Positions 8,564 through 18,064 of a stretch of 18,865 nt of DNA are shown one piece after another. How positions within the stretch are numbered: position 1 is the first letter of the stretch; the number at the start of each line of letters is the position of its first letter. A program made the position numbers and the translations under genes. The stretch is taken from positions 1 through 18,865 of the forward strand of contig CAVSBT010000034.1 in assembly GCA_963726245.1 (NCBI GenBank). Direction: 5' to 3'. Source of the stretch: an uncultured Chloroflexia bacterium. GTDB taxonomy: Bacteria; Chloroflexota; Dehalococcoidia; DSTF01; JALHUB01. The notes under the pieces are model-generated. The model was not told the origin of the DNA and searched no databases. It worked only from the letters and a program-made list of their open reading frames with translations.

Positions 8564-8800
8564 TTGCAGGACACTCGCCACCTCCTTCGAAAACTGGGCG
8601 TGACACCAATGGTTATTTGGGGTCGTCCGAAACGTGCAGGTCAACCAAGTGATCCTGCCGCGATGGCGGCCTTCGGCAAGGACCTAGAGGCGTGGGCCCT
8701 GCTTGACCGGCTGGAAAAGGAGGCTCGGATTGCCCACGACAACATCGAACGCTGCCAGGAGACCTTGAAGCATCTAGCGGCGAAAGAGACTGTCGTCTAG
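8564..8800 (+). CDS. Small hypothetical protein, helical/coiled-coil C-terminus; possibly 5'-truncated
   Basis: 78-aa ORF with amphipathic LLDRLEKEARIAHDNIERCQETLKHL. TTG start has no clear RBS. Confidence 0.4.
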   Translation: MQDTRHLLRKLGVTPMVIWGRPKRAGQPSDPAAMAAFGKDLEAWALLDRLEKEARIAHDNIERCQETLKHLAAKETVV

Positions 8801-8817
8801 AATCGGTAGGGCAGGCC

Positions 8818-8910
8818 ATGGGAGTAGCATTTGGTAATCCCTGGGCGCTAGCGTTCGTCATTGCGGGGGCCATCGTTCTCGCCCTGGTGGTGATGCTCAT
8901 GCGGGAGTGA
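8818..8910 (+). CDS. 30-aa single-pass membrane microprotein (MGVAFGNPWALAFVIAGAIVLALVVMLMRE)
   Basis: ATG8818-TGA8910, purine-rich GGTAGGGCAGG upstream, about 19-residue hydrophobic run. Below the ORF-track cutoff. Confidence 0.55.
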   Translation: MGVAFGNPWALAFVIAGAIVLALVVMLMRE

Positions 8911-8951
8911 AGGCCGGGCCAAGGTTTGGAGGAGGAGGAGGGAATGGCGAT

Positions 8952-9080
8952 TCAGCGTGCCCCAGTGGGCAGTCGTCCCACAACCCTCGCCTCTAAGACC
9001 GCCACGACGGCGAGCGCCAGCAGACGGTTACGCCAGCGATGCTCGCCGATCTGCAACGGGGCCTCAAGTGGTCCCTTCAC
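8952..9080 (-). pseudogene. 5' stub of a membrane-anchored protein coupled to the TetR remnant
   Basis: AGGAGG RBS; GTG9080 overlaps the TetR stop (GTGA). MKGPLEAPLQIGEHRWRNRLLALAVVAVL is a basic patch plus a half-length TM that breaks off. Confidence 0.45.
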
Positions 9081-9394
9081 GTTCCCCGCCTCCTTCCCAT
9101 GCCCGCGTAGCGCAAACCGCCCAGCGCCAGCGCCGGTAACGTTTGCAGCAGCGTCCCATCTTCCGGGCCGCTCTCGGTTGAGAACAACATCTGAATGTAC
9201 ATGCCGCCAATCGCCTGGGCGGCGCCTCAGACATCACCGACGGTGAACGCTCCCTCGCTCATACCGCGCTGGATGATTCCTTCGAATACCCGGGTGGGTA
9301 TTTCCGCTAGCGGACGGCCGCGATGTCCTCGCTTGGGCAGATGCTGCACGGTCAGCGCCAGCAGGCTGCGGTGCGAGCGGATGAGCCGGATGGG
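9077..9394 (-). pseudogene. TetR-family regulator C-terminal remnant (HTH missing, in-frame TGA at 9229-9227)
   Basis: Manual translation IRLIRSHRSLLAL...RVFEGIIQRGMSEGAFTVGDV*GAAQAIGGMYIQMLF...LPALALGGLRY shows the typical TetR C-terminal pattern. Confidence 0.7.
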
Positions 9395-9423
9395 TTGACA
9401 ACGGCAGGCACCGCCGATATGCT
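9395..9423 (+). promoter_or_regulatory. Sigma70-type promoter of the MarR-ABC operon
   Basis: TTGACA (9395-9400), 17-nt spacer, TATGCT (9418-9423). Confidence 0.75.
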
Positions 9424-9429
9424 TGACTT

Positions 9430-9921
9430 ATGCAACAATTAACAATGGAAAGTACCCAACCTGTCAGCGAGGGGCGGTGCGCTGCGGTCCTGATCGATGT
9501 CGTACCTCTCGTGATGCGTGCCCTCCGAGACGAAATGCGCAGGCATCGCGCTGCTGGCCTGTCCGTGCCCCAGTTCCGCGTCCTGATGTTCCTGGGCCAT
9601 CGCCAGGAGGCGACGTTGTCGCAGGTGGCCGAACACGTCGGCCTGACGCTCCCCTCGGCGTCCCGCATGGTGGACGGACTGGCAGCCCGAAAGCTGGTGA
9701 CGCGCCGCATCTCGCCCAGCGACCGCCGTTGTGTCACGTTAGCACTCACCACCCGGGGCAGGTCCAGGCTGGAGTCGGCCCACCGGGCCGCCCAGCTACG
9801 CCTGGCTGCAATGCTCGGGGCGCTGTCGGCGGAGGAGAGACTTACCGTCGTTCAAGCGATGGACGTCTTGCGGCCGGTCTTCACGCCGAGGAGGACGCCA
9901 GAGGCCCATGCAGCCAGGTGA
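9430..9921 (+). CDS. MarR family transcriptional regulator
   Basis: GLSVPQFRVLMFL, TLSQVAEHVGLTLPSASRMVDGL, DRRCVTLALTTRGR winged-helix motifs. Start ATG9430 or ATG9445. Confidence 0.95.
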   Translation: MQQLTMESTQPVSEGRCAAVLIDVVPLVMRALRDEMRRHRAAGLSVPQFRVLMFLGHRQEATLSQVAEHVGLTLPSASRMVDGLAARKLVTRRISPSDRRCVTLALTTRGRSRLESAHRAAQLRLAAMLGALSAEERLTVVQAMDVLRPVFTPRRTPEAHAAR

Positions 9922-10723
9922 CTCAAGGGGGATCGTGGAGACGAGGTCTCTCACCCGCCGCTTTGGCGGCCTGACGGCGGTAGATGCGCTAACGCTCACG
10001 GTGGAAGCGGGCGAGGTGTTCGGACTGGTGGGTCCCAATGGGGCGGGAAAGACGACAGTAATGAAGATGCTGACCACCCTGCTGCCACCTACTTCGGGCA
10101 CGGCGCTTGTCGCCGGCTTCGACATCGTGCGCAAGGCAGCAAACGTGCGGCGCAGCGTCGGGTACGTGCCGCAGATGCTCTCCGCCGACGGCGGTTTGAC
10201 GGGGTATGAGAACCTGTTGCTCTTCGCCAAGCTATACGACATCCCCCGCCGCGAGCGCCAGGCGCGGGTACAGGAGGCTCTCGCCTTCATGGGCCTCGAC
10301 GAGGCAGCAGACAGGCTCGTGCGCAACTATCGGGCGGCATGATCCGGCGCCTGGAGGTCGCCCAGGCCATGCTGCACCGGCCGCCGGTTCTCTTCCTGGA
10401 CGAGCCGACAGTGGGCCTGGACCCTGTGGCTCGCAGAGCGGTGTGGGAGCACATAACGGCGCTCCGGGCGGAGTACGGCACCACCATCTTGCTGACCACC
10501 CACTACATGGAGGAAGCGGACAGCCTCTGCGACCGAGTGGCCATCATGCACCGCGGCAAGGTGGTCGCCATCGGCACGCCCGCCGCGTTGAAGGCGTCCG
10601 TCGGCGGAGACGGCGCGACCATGGACGAGGTGTTCACCCACTACACCGGCGGGAGTCCTCGAGTCGGGAGGGAGTTACCGTGAGACTGCAAGAACAAGGC
10701 GCACTGCGCGGCGGCTTGGCTAG
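9908..10723 (+). CDS. ABC-2 (DrrA-like) exporter ATP-binding subunit; two apparent frameshifts (about 10330 and 10652)
   Basis: Walker A GPNGAGKTT, Q-loop YVPQ, Walker B LFLDEPT, H-loop LTTH. Adding one T at TATCG restores the signature YSGGMIRR. Removing one G near 10652 restores the tail LESGGSYRETARTRRTARRLG* ending at TAG 10721-10723. Confidence 0.9.
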
Positions 10724-11530
10724 CCTGGCGCTTCCCATCCTGCCAGCCCGTTGGCCGCTGTCGGCCAGTTCGTAGGCAAGACCCTGACTATCGCCGAGGT
10801 GGAGACGCGCAAGCTCCGCCACGACCCGACCGAACTCCTCACGCGGGCTATCCAGCCCACTCTCTGGCTCCTGGTCTTCGGCCAGGTCTTCACCCGCGTG
10901 CGGGCGATCCCGACCGGTAACCTGCGGTACCTGGACTTCATGGCGCCGGGGATTCTCGCCCAGAGCGTGCTCTTCATCGCTATCTTCTACGGCATCGCCA
11001 TCATCTGGGAGCGCGATCTGGGCATAATACACAAGTTCCTGGCCACGCCCACGCCGCGCACGGCCCTGGTGCTGGGCAAGGCGCTGGCGGCTGGCGTCCG
11101 CGCGCTCACGCAGGGGCTCATCATCTACGTGCTAGCCTTGCTGCTCGGCGTGAAGGTCAACTGGTCGCCGCTGGCGCTCCTGGGCGTGGTGATTCTGGTG
11201 CTCCTGGGCGCCGCCCTCTTCTCCACCTTCTCCCTCATCATCGCCTGCCTGATCAAGACCCGCGAGCGCTTCATGGGCATCGGCCAGGTGCTGACCATGC
11301 CCATGTTCTTCGCCAGCAACGCCATATACCCCATCTCCATAATGCCGGCGTGGCTGAAGGTCTTCGCCCACGCCAACCCGCTGACCTATGAAGTGGACGG
11401 GCTCCGCAGCCTGATGCTGGCCGGTGGGACAAGCCAGTACAGCCTTGGCCTGGACTTCGCCGTGCTGACGGCGGCTACGGCGGCGCTGGTGATAATCGGC
11501 GGGCGCCTTTACGCGAACGTGGTGACGTAG
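10680..11530 (+). CDS. ABC-2 (DrrB-like) exporter permease
   Basis: YLDFMAPGILAQ, ERDLG, FFASNAIYP, NPLTYEVDGLR; about 6 TM. GGGAGGGAG RBS precedes GTG10680, which needs one extra base near 10735 to join the 10751 frame. Otherwise the start is TTG10751. Confidence 0.9.
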
Positions 11531-11902
11531 CCGTGGAAGCGTGCGTGTAGGCCCGCAACGTCTTACGCCCGCGGAGGGCTCGTCCTGCGACCACCGTGAG
11601 AGGCACGACCTCTACCGCTCGTCATTGCCACTGTCCCGCTCTTCGCCATATCCTGGTTGCCAGCGTCGGTTCAGCGGAGGTTTCAAGAAGGGAAACAGAT
11701 GCCACTTGGCAACAACCTGTATCGTGTTCAGACGGTACGGGTGAACCGACGGGAGGTACTGCAGGTGGCAGTCCTCGCTGGCGCCAGGCTGGCCAACCGC
11801 GTCGAAGATGGCGGTCTACGCGATGAAAACCCGGAGCGAGGTAAGCCCAGTGCTTGCGCGCCCTAGAGGGCGACAAGGCCCCGGTCAGACTGGCAAGAAG
11901 TC

Positions 11903-13117
11903 CTATCCCACACGCTCGATCACGGCGGCCATGCCCTGACCTCCACCGATGCACATCGTCTCCAGCCCGAGGCGAACCTGCCGCCGCTCCATCTCGTACA
12001 GCATCGTTGCCATGATCCGGCCGCCAGTGGCCCCAACAGGATGGCCGATAGAGATACCCGAGCCATTGACGTTCATCCGGTCGAAGTCACGCTCCGTGAA
12101 TCCCCACTCGCGGGTGCAGGCCAGCACTTGCGCCGCGAAAGCTTCGTTCAGCTCGATCAGATCCATGTCCTGAAGGCTGAGCCCGATGCGCTCGAGCGCC
12201 TTCTTAGTCGCGGGCACGGGGCCCAAGCCCATGTAGGCGGGGTGAACGCCAGCCGCTGCCCAGGACAGAAGCTTCCCCATCGGCTTCAGCCCAAGCTCTG
12301 CCGCCTTCTCCGGCCAGGTGACGACGCAACAGGCCGCAGCGTCGTTCTCACCGCTGGCGTTCCCGGCGGTGACGGTAGCCTCCGGGTCCTGCTTGATGCG
12401 GATCGGCCGCAGCGAGGCGAGCTTCTCCAGAGTCGTGTCAGCCCGTGGATGCTCATCCCGCGAGAACAGAGTCTCCTCGCCCTTCTGTGACCGTACCGTG
12501 ACGGGCACGATCTCAGCATCGAATCTCCCCGCCTCCCACGCGGCGACGGCGCGCTGGTGGGAACGAAGGGCGTACTCGTCCTGCTCCTCGCGGGGGATCT
12601 TGTACTGGCGGCGCAGGTTCTCCGCCGTCTCCAACATGCCGCCCTCAACCGGATAGCGGTGGCTGCCGGCCGTCACGCGACCGCGATCAAGGCGATCCAA
12701 GAGACCAAGGTTGCCGCGGTTCGGGCCCCAGCGGATGGAGGTGACGTAGAACTCTGCGTTGCTCATGCTCTCCACCCCGCCGGCAAGCACGACATCGGCT
12801 ACACCCGTCTGGACCTCCATGGCCGCAAGACAGATCGCTTGGAGGCCAGAGCCACAGCGACGGTCGAGTTGAAGGCCCGGTACCTCAACCGGAAGCCCGG
12901 CCTGCAACGCGGCGAGACGGCCAATGGCAGGCGTCTCGCCGTTCGGGTAGCAGTGCCCGAAGATACAGTCATCGATGGCCCGCGGGTCTAGCTTCGTTCG
13001 CTCCAGCACAGCGCTAACGACTGTCGCCGCCAGCGTTTCCACGTCCACGCCTCGGAGGGCGCCGCCGTAGCGGCCCACCGGCGTGCGTACCGGGCTGCAG
13101 ATTACGGCGTCGCGCAT
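11903..13117 (-). CDS. Acetyl-CoA C-acyltransferase (thiolase)
   Basis: RTPVG, catalytic RRCGSG, NEAFA, GHPVGATG and MCIGGGQG. GAGGAGG RBS before ATG13117; 404 aa. Confidence 0.95.
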   Translation of the reverse strand: MRDAVICSPVRTPVGRYGGALRGVDVETLAATVVSAVLERTKLDPRAIDDCIFGHCYPNGETPAIGRLAALQAGLPVEVPGLQLDRRCGSGLQAICLAAMEVQTGVADVVLAGGVESMSNAEFYVTSIRWGPNRGNLGLLDRLDRGRVTAGSHRYPVEGGMLETAENLRRQYKIPREEQDEYALRSHQRAVAAWEAGRFDAEIVPVTVRSQKGEETLFSRDEHPRADTTLEKLASLRPIRIKQDPEATVTAGNASGENDAAACCVVTWPEKAAELGLKPMGKLLSWAAAGVHPAYMGLGPVPATKKALERIGLSLQDMDLIELNEAFAAQVLACTREWGFTERDFDRMNVNGSGISIGHPVGATGGRIMATMLYEMERRQVRLGLETMCIGGGQGMAAVIERVG

Positions 13118-13202
13118 AGTCGCCCTCCTCATCCAGATCTTCCCATCTCCAGGTTCTCGCCGAAGGCACCGACAGGACGCAAGACACTGTCGAAACGTGC
13201 TC

Positions 13203-13231
13203 ATGGTAGCATCCGTCTCTGGCTGAGCCAA
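13203..13231 (-). promoter_or_regulatory. Candidate promoter for the thiolase
   Basis: TTGGCT (13231-13226), 17-nt spacer, extended -10 TGc-TACCAT (13208-13203). Confidence 0.5.
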
Positions 13232-13261
13232 GCCGCAGTAAAGTCCCCCGGCCTGAGCGCG

Positions 13262-14875
13262 TCAGACGATCAGGGGCCCTCGAAGGGCTCCGCGGCCAGA
13301 GCCGGCGTCGGCGGTTGCTCCGTTTCGCGCGCCCACGTGGGCGTGCTCGCGCAGCGGGATCTCCCGCAGCAGCCAGGAGGCCAGGAAGGCGAGCAGGGTT
13401 ATCGGCACCGCCCACAGGAAGACGGTGCTGAGGGAGCGGGAGAACGCCTCGATCACGCCGTGCAGGACCGGCGCCGGGAGCGTCCGCAGTTGCGCCGGGC
13501 TGGCGGTGAGCGCGGCCCGACTGATGCCGTTGAGAGCAGTAGTGGGGACCAGGCGCGGCAGGTAGTAGTCCAGCCGGTTATTCAGGATCGAGCCAAAGAT
13601 CGCAACCCCGAACGCTGCGCCCAGCGAGCGGAACAGGTTGGCGCCGGCGGTCGCCGCGCCCAGGTCTCGGTACGGGACAGCGTTCTGCACCGCCAGCACG
13701 ATCACCTGCATGATCATCCCAAGTCCGACGCCGAGCACCACCATGTAAGCGGACTCCTCGAGGAAGCCGGTGCCGGCGTCCAGCCGGGACAGCAGGAAGA
13801 GCCCCAGCGTGGTGATGGCTGTGCCGGTGATCGGGTAGAAGCGGTACTTCCCGGTCTTGCTGATCATTCGACCGGAAAGGACCGAGGTGACGACCACCCC
13901 GAGCATCAGGGGTGCCAGCCGCAGGCCCGACATCGTGGCCGAGACGCCGTCCACCACCTGTAGGTAGAGCGGCAGGAAGGCCACGGTCCCGAACATGGCC
14001 AGGCCCAGGACGAACATGATCACCGCGCCCACCCGGAACACCTGCTCGCCGAACAGCCGTAGCGGCAGGAGCGGCTCGGGGGCGCGCGTCTCCTGGACCA
14101 CGAACAGGCAGAGCAGCAGCACCCCGGCCACGCTAAGGCCGATGATCTCCGGGGACCCCCAGGGATACTCGGTGCCGCCCCAACTGGTGACCAGCAGCAG
14201 GGAACTGAGACCGCCCACCATCAGCGCCGAGCCCAGGTAGTCGATGGGATGCTTCTGCCGCTGGAAGGGAAGTCGCAGCACGGTCTGCGTCACCACCAGC
14301 GCCAGCAGCCCCAGTGGCAGGTTGACGTAGAAGACCCAGCGCCAGGTCAGGTGGTCGGTGAACAGGCCGCCCATCAGCGGGCCGGCCACGCTGGCGATCG
14401 CGAAGACGGTCCCCATGTAGCCCTGGTAGCGGCCACGCTCGCGGGGGGCGATGATATCGCCGATCGTGGCCTGCGACATCGTAATGATGCCGCCGGCACC
14501 CAGCCCCTGCACGGCGCGGGAGCCAATGAGCTGCAACATGCTCTGGGCAGCCCCGGAAAGCGCCGACCCGATGAGGAAGACGGTGATGGCGAACTGGAAG
14601 AGCAGCTTGCGGCCGAACAGGTCGCTGAGCTTGCCGTAGAGCGGCATCGAGGCGGTAGAGGTCAGCAGGTACGCGGTGATGATCCAGGACAGATGCTGTA
14701 GCCCGCCCAGCTCGCCGACGATGGTCGGCAGCGCCGTGGCCACGATCGTCTGGTCCAGCGCGGCCAGCAGCATCCCCAGCATCAGGCCGCTGAACACGAC
14801 CTGCACCTGCCGGTGCGACAACTGGGTCTGTCCGGTGGTAGTTGTGCGCAGCGAAGCGGATTGCTCAGACGTCAT
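13262..14875 (-). CDS. DHA2 family (EmrB/QacA-like, 14-TM) MFS efflux transporter
   Basis: LDQTIVATALP, motif A GKLSDLFGRK, SRAVQGLGAGG, GPLMGG, WRWVFYVNLPLG, IDYLG. ATG14875 overlaps the RND stop (ATGA). Confidence 0.95.
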   Translation of the reverse strand: MTSEQSASLRTTTTGQTQLSHRQVQVVFSGLMLGMLLAALDQTIVATALPTIVGELGGLQHLSWIITAYLLTSTASMPLYGKLSDLFGRKLLFQFAITVFLIGSALSGAAQSMLQLIGSRAVQGLGAGGIITMSQATIGDIIAPRERGRYQGYMGTVFAIASVAGPLMGGLFTDHLTWRWVFYVNLPLGLLALVVTQTVLRLPFQRQKHPIDYLGSALMVGGLSSLLLVTSWGGTEYPWGSPEIIGLSVAGVLLLCLFVVQETRAPEPLLPLRLFGEQVFRVGAVIMFVLGLAMFGTVAFLPLYLQVVDGVSATMSGLRLAPLMLGVVVTSVLSGRMISKTGKYRFYPITGTAITTLGLFLLSRLDAGTGFLEESAYMVVLGVGLGMIMQVIVLAVQNAVPYRDLGAATAGANLFRSLGAAFGVAIFGSILNNRLDYYLPRLVPTTALNGISRAALTASPAQLRTLPAPVLHGVIEAFSRSLSTVFLWAVPITLLAFLASWLLREIPLREHAHVGARNGATADAGSGRGALRGPLIV

Positions 14876-17800
14876 TGCTCGGAGAGATGTTCGCTCGACG
14901 GCTGGCGGGTGAAGCGCATCTTGAGCCCGTCGACCAGGCTGTAGACCACGGGCACTACGACCAGGGTAAGCAGGGTTGAGCTGAATAGCCCGCCGATCAC
15001 CACCCGGCCCAGTTCGCTCGCGATCAGCGCCCCCTGGTTGCGGCCCAGGGCCAGCGGGATGAGAGCGAGCATCGCCGCGACGGCGGTCATCAGAATTGGG
15101 CGCACGCGGGTCTGCCCGCCCTCGACCAGCGCATCGTACGTGCTGTAGCCGCGCTCCTGCCGGAGCATGATCACGAACTCCAGCAGGACGATGGCATTCG
15201 TGACCACGATGCCGACGAGCATCAGGATGCCGATCAGCGCGCTGACGCTGAGCGCCGAGCCGGTGACCACCAGCGCCACGATCGCGCCGATCAGCGCCAG
15301 CGGCAGGCTGAAGAGGATGACGAACGGGGTGAGCAGGCTGCCGAACAGCAGCGCCATCAGCGAGTAGACCAGCACGATCGAGACGAGGATCGCGACCAGC
15401 ATCTTGGAGAAACCCTCGTTGATGTCGGCGGCGACGCCGCCGGCCTTCACCGTAAGCCCGTCCGGCAACTTGAGCTTGTCGGCGGCGCTCTGCGCATCGC
15501 TGGGAGACCTTGCCGGTGTTGGAGCTGGTGATGTCGCCGGTAATCGTCGCTGCCGGCTTGCCGTCGACGCGCGTGATGGTCGTCTGCTTGGTCACCGGCA
15601 CGATGTTAGCTACGGAGTCAAGCCGTACACCCCGGGCGATCTGCACCGCGCCCAGCGCCTCCGCGCTCGTGAGGTCGCTGGCGGACACCACCAGCCGCAC
15701 GCCGAGCGCGCCCTGGCCGAGGTCGGCGGTAGTGATGGTGCGGTTGGACGACAGGTTGGCCAGGCTGTTGGAGATCTGCTGTGCCGTCAGCCCGGCAGCC
15801 GCTGCCTTTGCCGGGTCGACCCTCACTTCGAGCGTGGGCTCGGCGGCGGCGAGGTCGCTGCGGACGTTGGCCGTGTTGGGCACGGCCGCGATCGCCGCCC
15901 GCACCTGCTCCGCCGCCCCGGGCAGGCCGCTTGCCGCCGCATCACTGTCGGCCGAGACGGTCATCGAGATGCCGGACGAGCCGAAGCCGCCGCCGGAAGC
16001 GGAAACGGAGACGTTGTCGCTGTTGGGGATGTCCCGCGCGATCAGGCCACGGAGCTCGGTCGCGACGGCGTTCTTGTCCGGTCCGCTCTTCGCCAGCTCC
16101 ACCGTGATGGTGGCCGTGTTGGCGCCCTTGCCCGAAGTGATCTTGTTGATGGCACTGAAGTCGCTGGAGGCGCCGCTGATCACGGTCTGGTAGCGGTCGA
16201 CGCTGAAGTTCGGCAGCAGCTTCTCGACGGCGATGGCCTGCTGGAGGACGGAGTCCTGGGTCTGGCCGGGGCGGGCGTTGACCGTCACCGTCACGGTCTT
16301 CTGACCCGAATCGGGCAGGAACTGCACGGGCAGCCGCGGGAGGAGCGCCAGGCTGCCGACGAACAGCCCGCCGGCAATGCCGAGGGTGATCCAGCGGTGC
16401 CCGAGCGCCCAGCGCAGTACGGGCGTGTACACCTTCGCCAGGCGGGTGTCGCCGGGGCCCGCCTTCTCACGCACCTTCACGCGGCCGGCGATGGTGAAGC
16501 GGGTGAGCGCCGGGATGACGGTCACGGCCACAACCAGCGAAGCCAGCAGCGCGAACACCACGGCCAGCGCGAACGACCAGAACATCTGGCCGATGAGCCC
16601 GCCCACCAGCCCGAGCGGCAGGAATACGGCGCAGGTTGTGGCGGTGGCGCCGGTGATGGCGATGCTCACCTCGCGGGCGCCGTTGACGATGGCCGGGAAG
16701 GATCTTCTCCCCCTGCGCCATGTGTCGGTAGATGTTCTCGAGGACCACGATGGAGTCGTCGATCACGCGGCCGATGGCGATGGTGAGGCCGCCCAACGTC
16801 ATGATGTTGACCGAGTAGCCCATGCGGTCGAGCAGCACCACGGCCACGATCACCGACAGCGGGATCGAGACGGCCGTCACCAGCGTCGTGCGCCAGTTGG
16901 CCAGGAAGAGGAAGACGATGATGACCGCGAGCACGCCGCCCAGGAGCCCATCCCGGACCACGCCGTTGATCGAGCTGGTGATCCAGGTGGACTGGTCGAA
17001 GAAGACGGTGATCGAGGCGCCCTGGGGCAGCGTCGGCTCGACCTTCTTCAGCTCGTTGGTCACCTCATGGGCGACCTGGACCGTGTTGGCGTCCTTCTCC
17101 TTGACGACCTGGATGCTGACGGCCGGCTGGCCGTCCGTGCGGCTCGCGCCGGTCGAGGCGGCCGGCGCCTCCGCGACCGTGGCGATGTCGCCGAGGCGGA
17201 CAACGCTGGCGGACGAGCCGGCAGCAGGCGCAGTGCGGATGCCGATGTTGCGGATATCGTCCAGGCTCTTGTAGACGGCGACGGTCTGAAGCGGCAGGAC
17301 GCTGTCCCCGGTGGCGAGCTGGCCGGAGGGGAGGATGACGTTGTTGGCTTGCAGCGCCTGCGCCACTTGATCGTAGGTGAGCCCGCTATCGAGCAGCTTC
17401 TGACGATCGAGGGTGACGACAACCTCGGTGAGCGCCCCGCCGCTGACGGAGACGGAGGCGACGCCGTCCAGCTTGGTCAGGTTGGGCACGACCTGGGACT
17501 GGGCGAGCTGGTACAGCTCCGTCTGGCTCAGATCGCCCTGCAAGCTGAATGTGACGATGGGTATCGACGAGACGTCAAACTTGAGGATCGATGTCGAGAC
17601 ATTCGTCCCGAGCTGCGCGCCGGCGATCGCCTGCCTGACCGCCGCCTCCGCCCCATTGAGGTCCGTACCGTAGTCGAAACTGAGCATGGTCACGCCCAGG
17701 CCCGAAACCGCAGTAGAGGAGGTCTTCTTCAGCCCTGGGAGGCCGGCTACAGCGGACTCGATCGGTGTGGTGACGGTCTGGACAATGTCCTGGGGCTGGC

Positions 17801-17975
17801 CGCCGGGGCTCCGGGCGACCACGGTAAGCACAGGGAAAGCGATGTCCGGGAGCAATTCTTCCCTGACACGGGTGAACGTAAAGCCGCCGAACCCGACCAC
17901 AAGCACGACGGCGACGAGCACCAGCAATGCCTTGCGGAACGAGTATTCAGTCAGCCACGAGACAACACGGCGCAC
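14872..17975 (-). CDS. RND (AcrB/SwrC-like) efflux permease; two apparent frameshifts (about 16696 and 15503)
   Basis: EELLPDIAFP, IGRVIDDSIVVLENI, VFLPL, GIVVTNAIVL and RVRPILMT motifs. GGAGGA RBS before GTG17975. Removing one base from each GGG run (16695-16697, 15502-15504) gives a continuous 1033-aa protein. Confidence 0.92.
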
Positions 17976-18003
17976 GGATGGTCCTCCGAATGGGTGTCCA
18001 ATC

Positions 18004-18054
18004 ATTAGAACCGGAATTCCGGTTCTTGTCAAGGGCGTCGAACTGGTGTATTCT
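18004..18054. promoter_or_regulatory. Divergent sigma70 promoters with overlapping -35 boxes
   Basis: Minus: TTGACA (18032-18027)-17 nt-TCTAAT (18009-18004). Plus: TTGTCA (18026-18031)-17 nt-TATTCT (18049-18054). Confidence 0.65.
18007..18026. promoter_or_regulatory. Perfect 20-bp palindrome, probable TetR operator
   Basis: AGAACCGGAATTCCGGTTCT between divergent RND and TetR genes, inside the RND promoter. Confidence 0.8.
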
Positions 18055-18064
18055 GCCTGTGGAA

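Noticed and set aside
9227-9229. In-frame TGA as possible selenocysteine
   Set aside because: It lies in a TetR fragment that already lacks its HTH; a CGA-to-TGA nonsense change is the simpler explanation.
11610-11820. Minus-strand frame containing HLQYLPSVHPYRLNTIQ, faintly like the IS630 LPxYSPxLNPIE motif
   Set aside because: Catalytic Glu and spacing do not match, and there are no other transposase motifs or inverted repeats. May be a decayed gene, but it cannot be assigned.
13262-16669. 1135-aa ORF that looks like an RND-MFS fusion
   Set aside because: Artifact of the extra base near 15503. The connecting stretch is out-of-frame Arg/Pro-rich text, the true RND C-terminus is in ORF 14872..15468, and the MFS has its own ATG at 14875.
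15404-18008. Long plus-strand ORFs (460, 227 and 543 aa) and similar ORFs opposite other genes
   Set aside because: Antisense shadows of high-GC coding sequence with no motifs or RBS.
17927-18064. N-terminal extensions of TetR (from 17927), RND (from 18032) and thiolase (from 13231) in the ORF track
   Set aside because: They run through promoter or operator DNA; downstream starts fit the RBS or promoter positions and the family N-termini.
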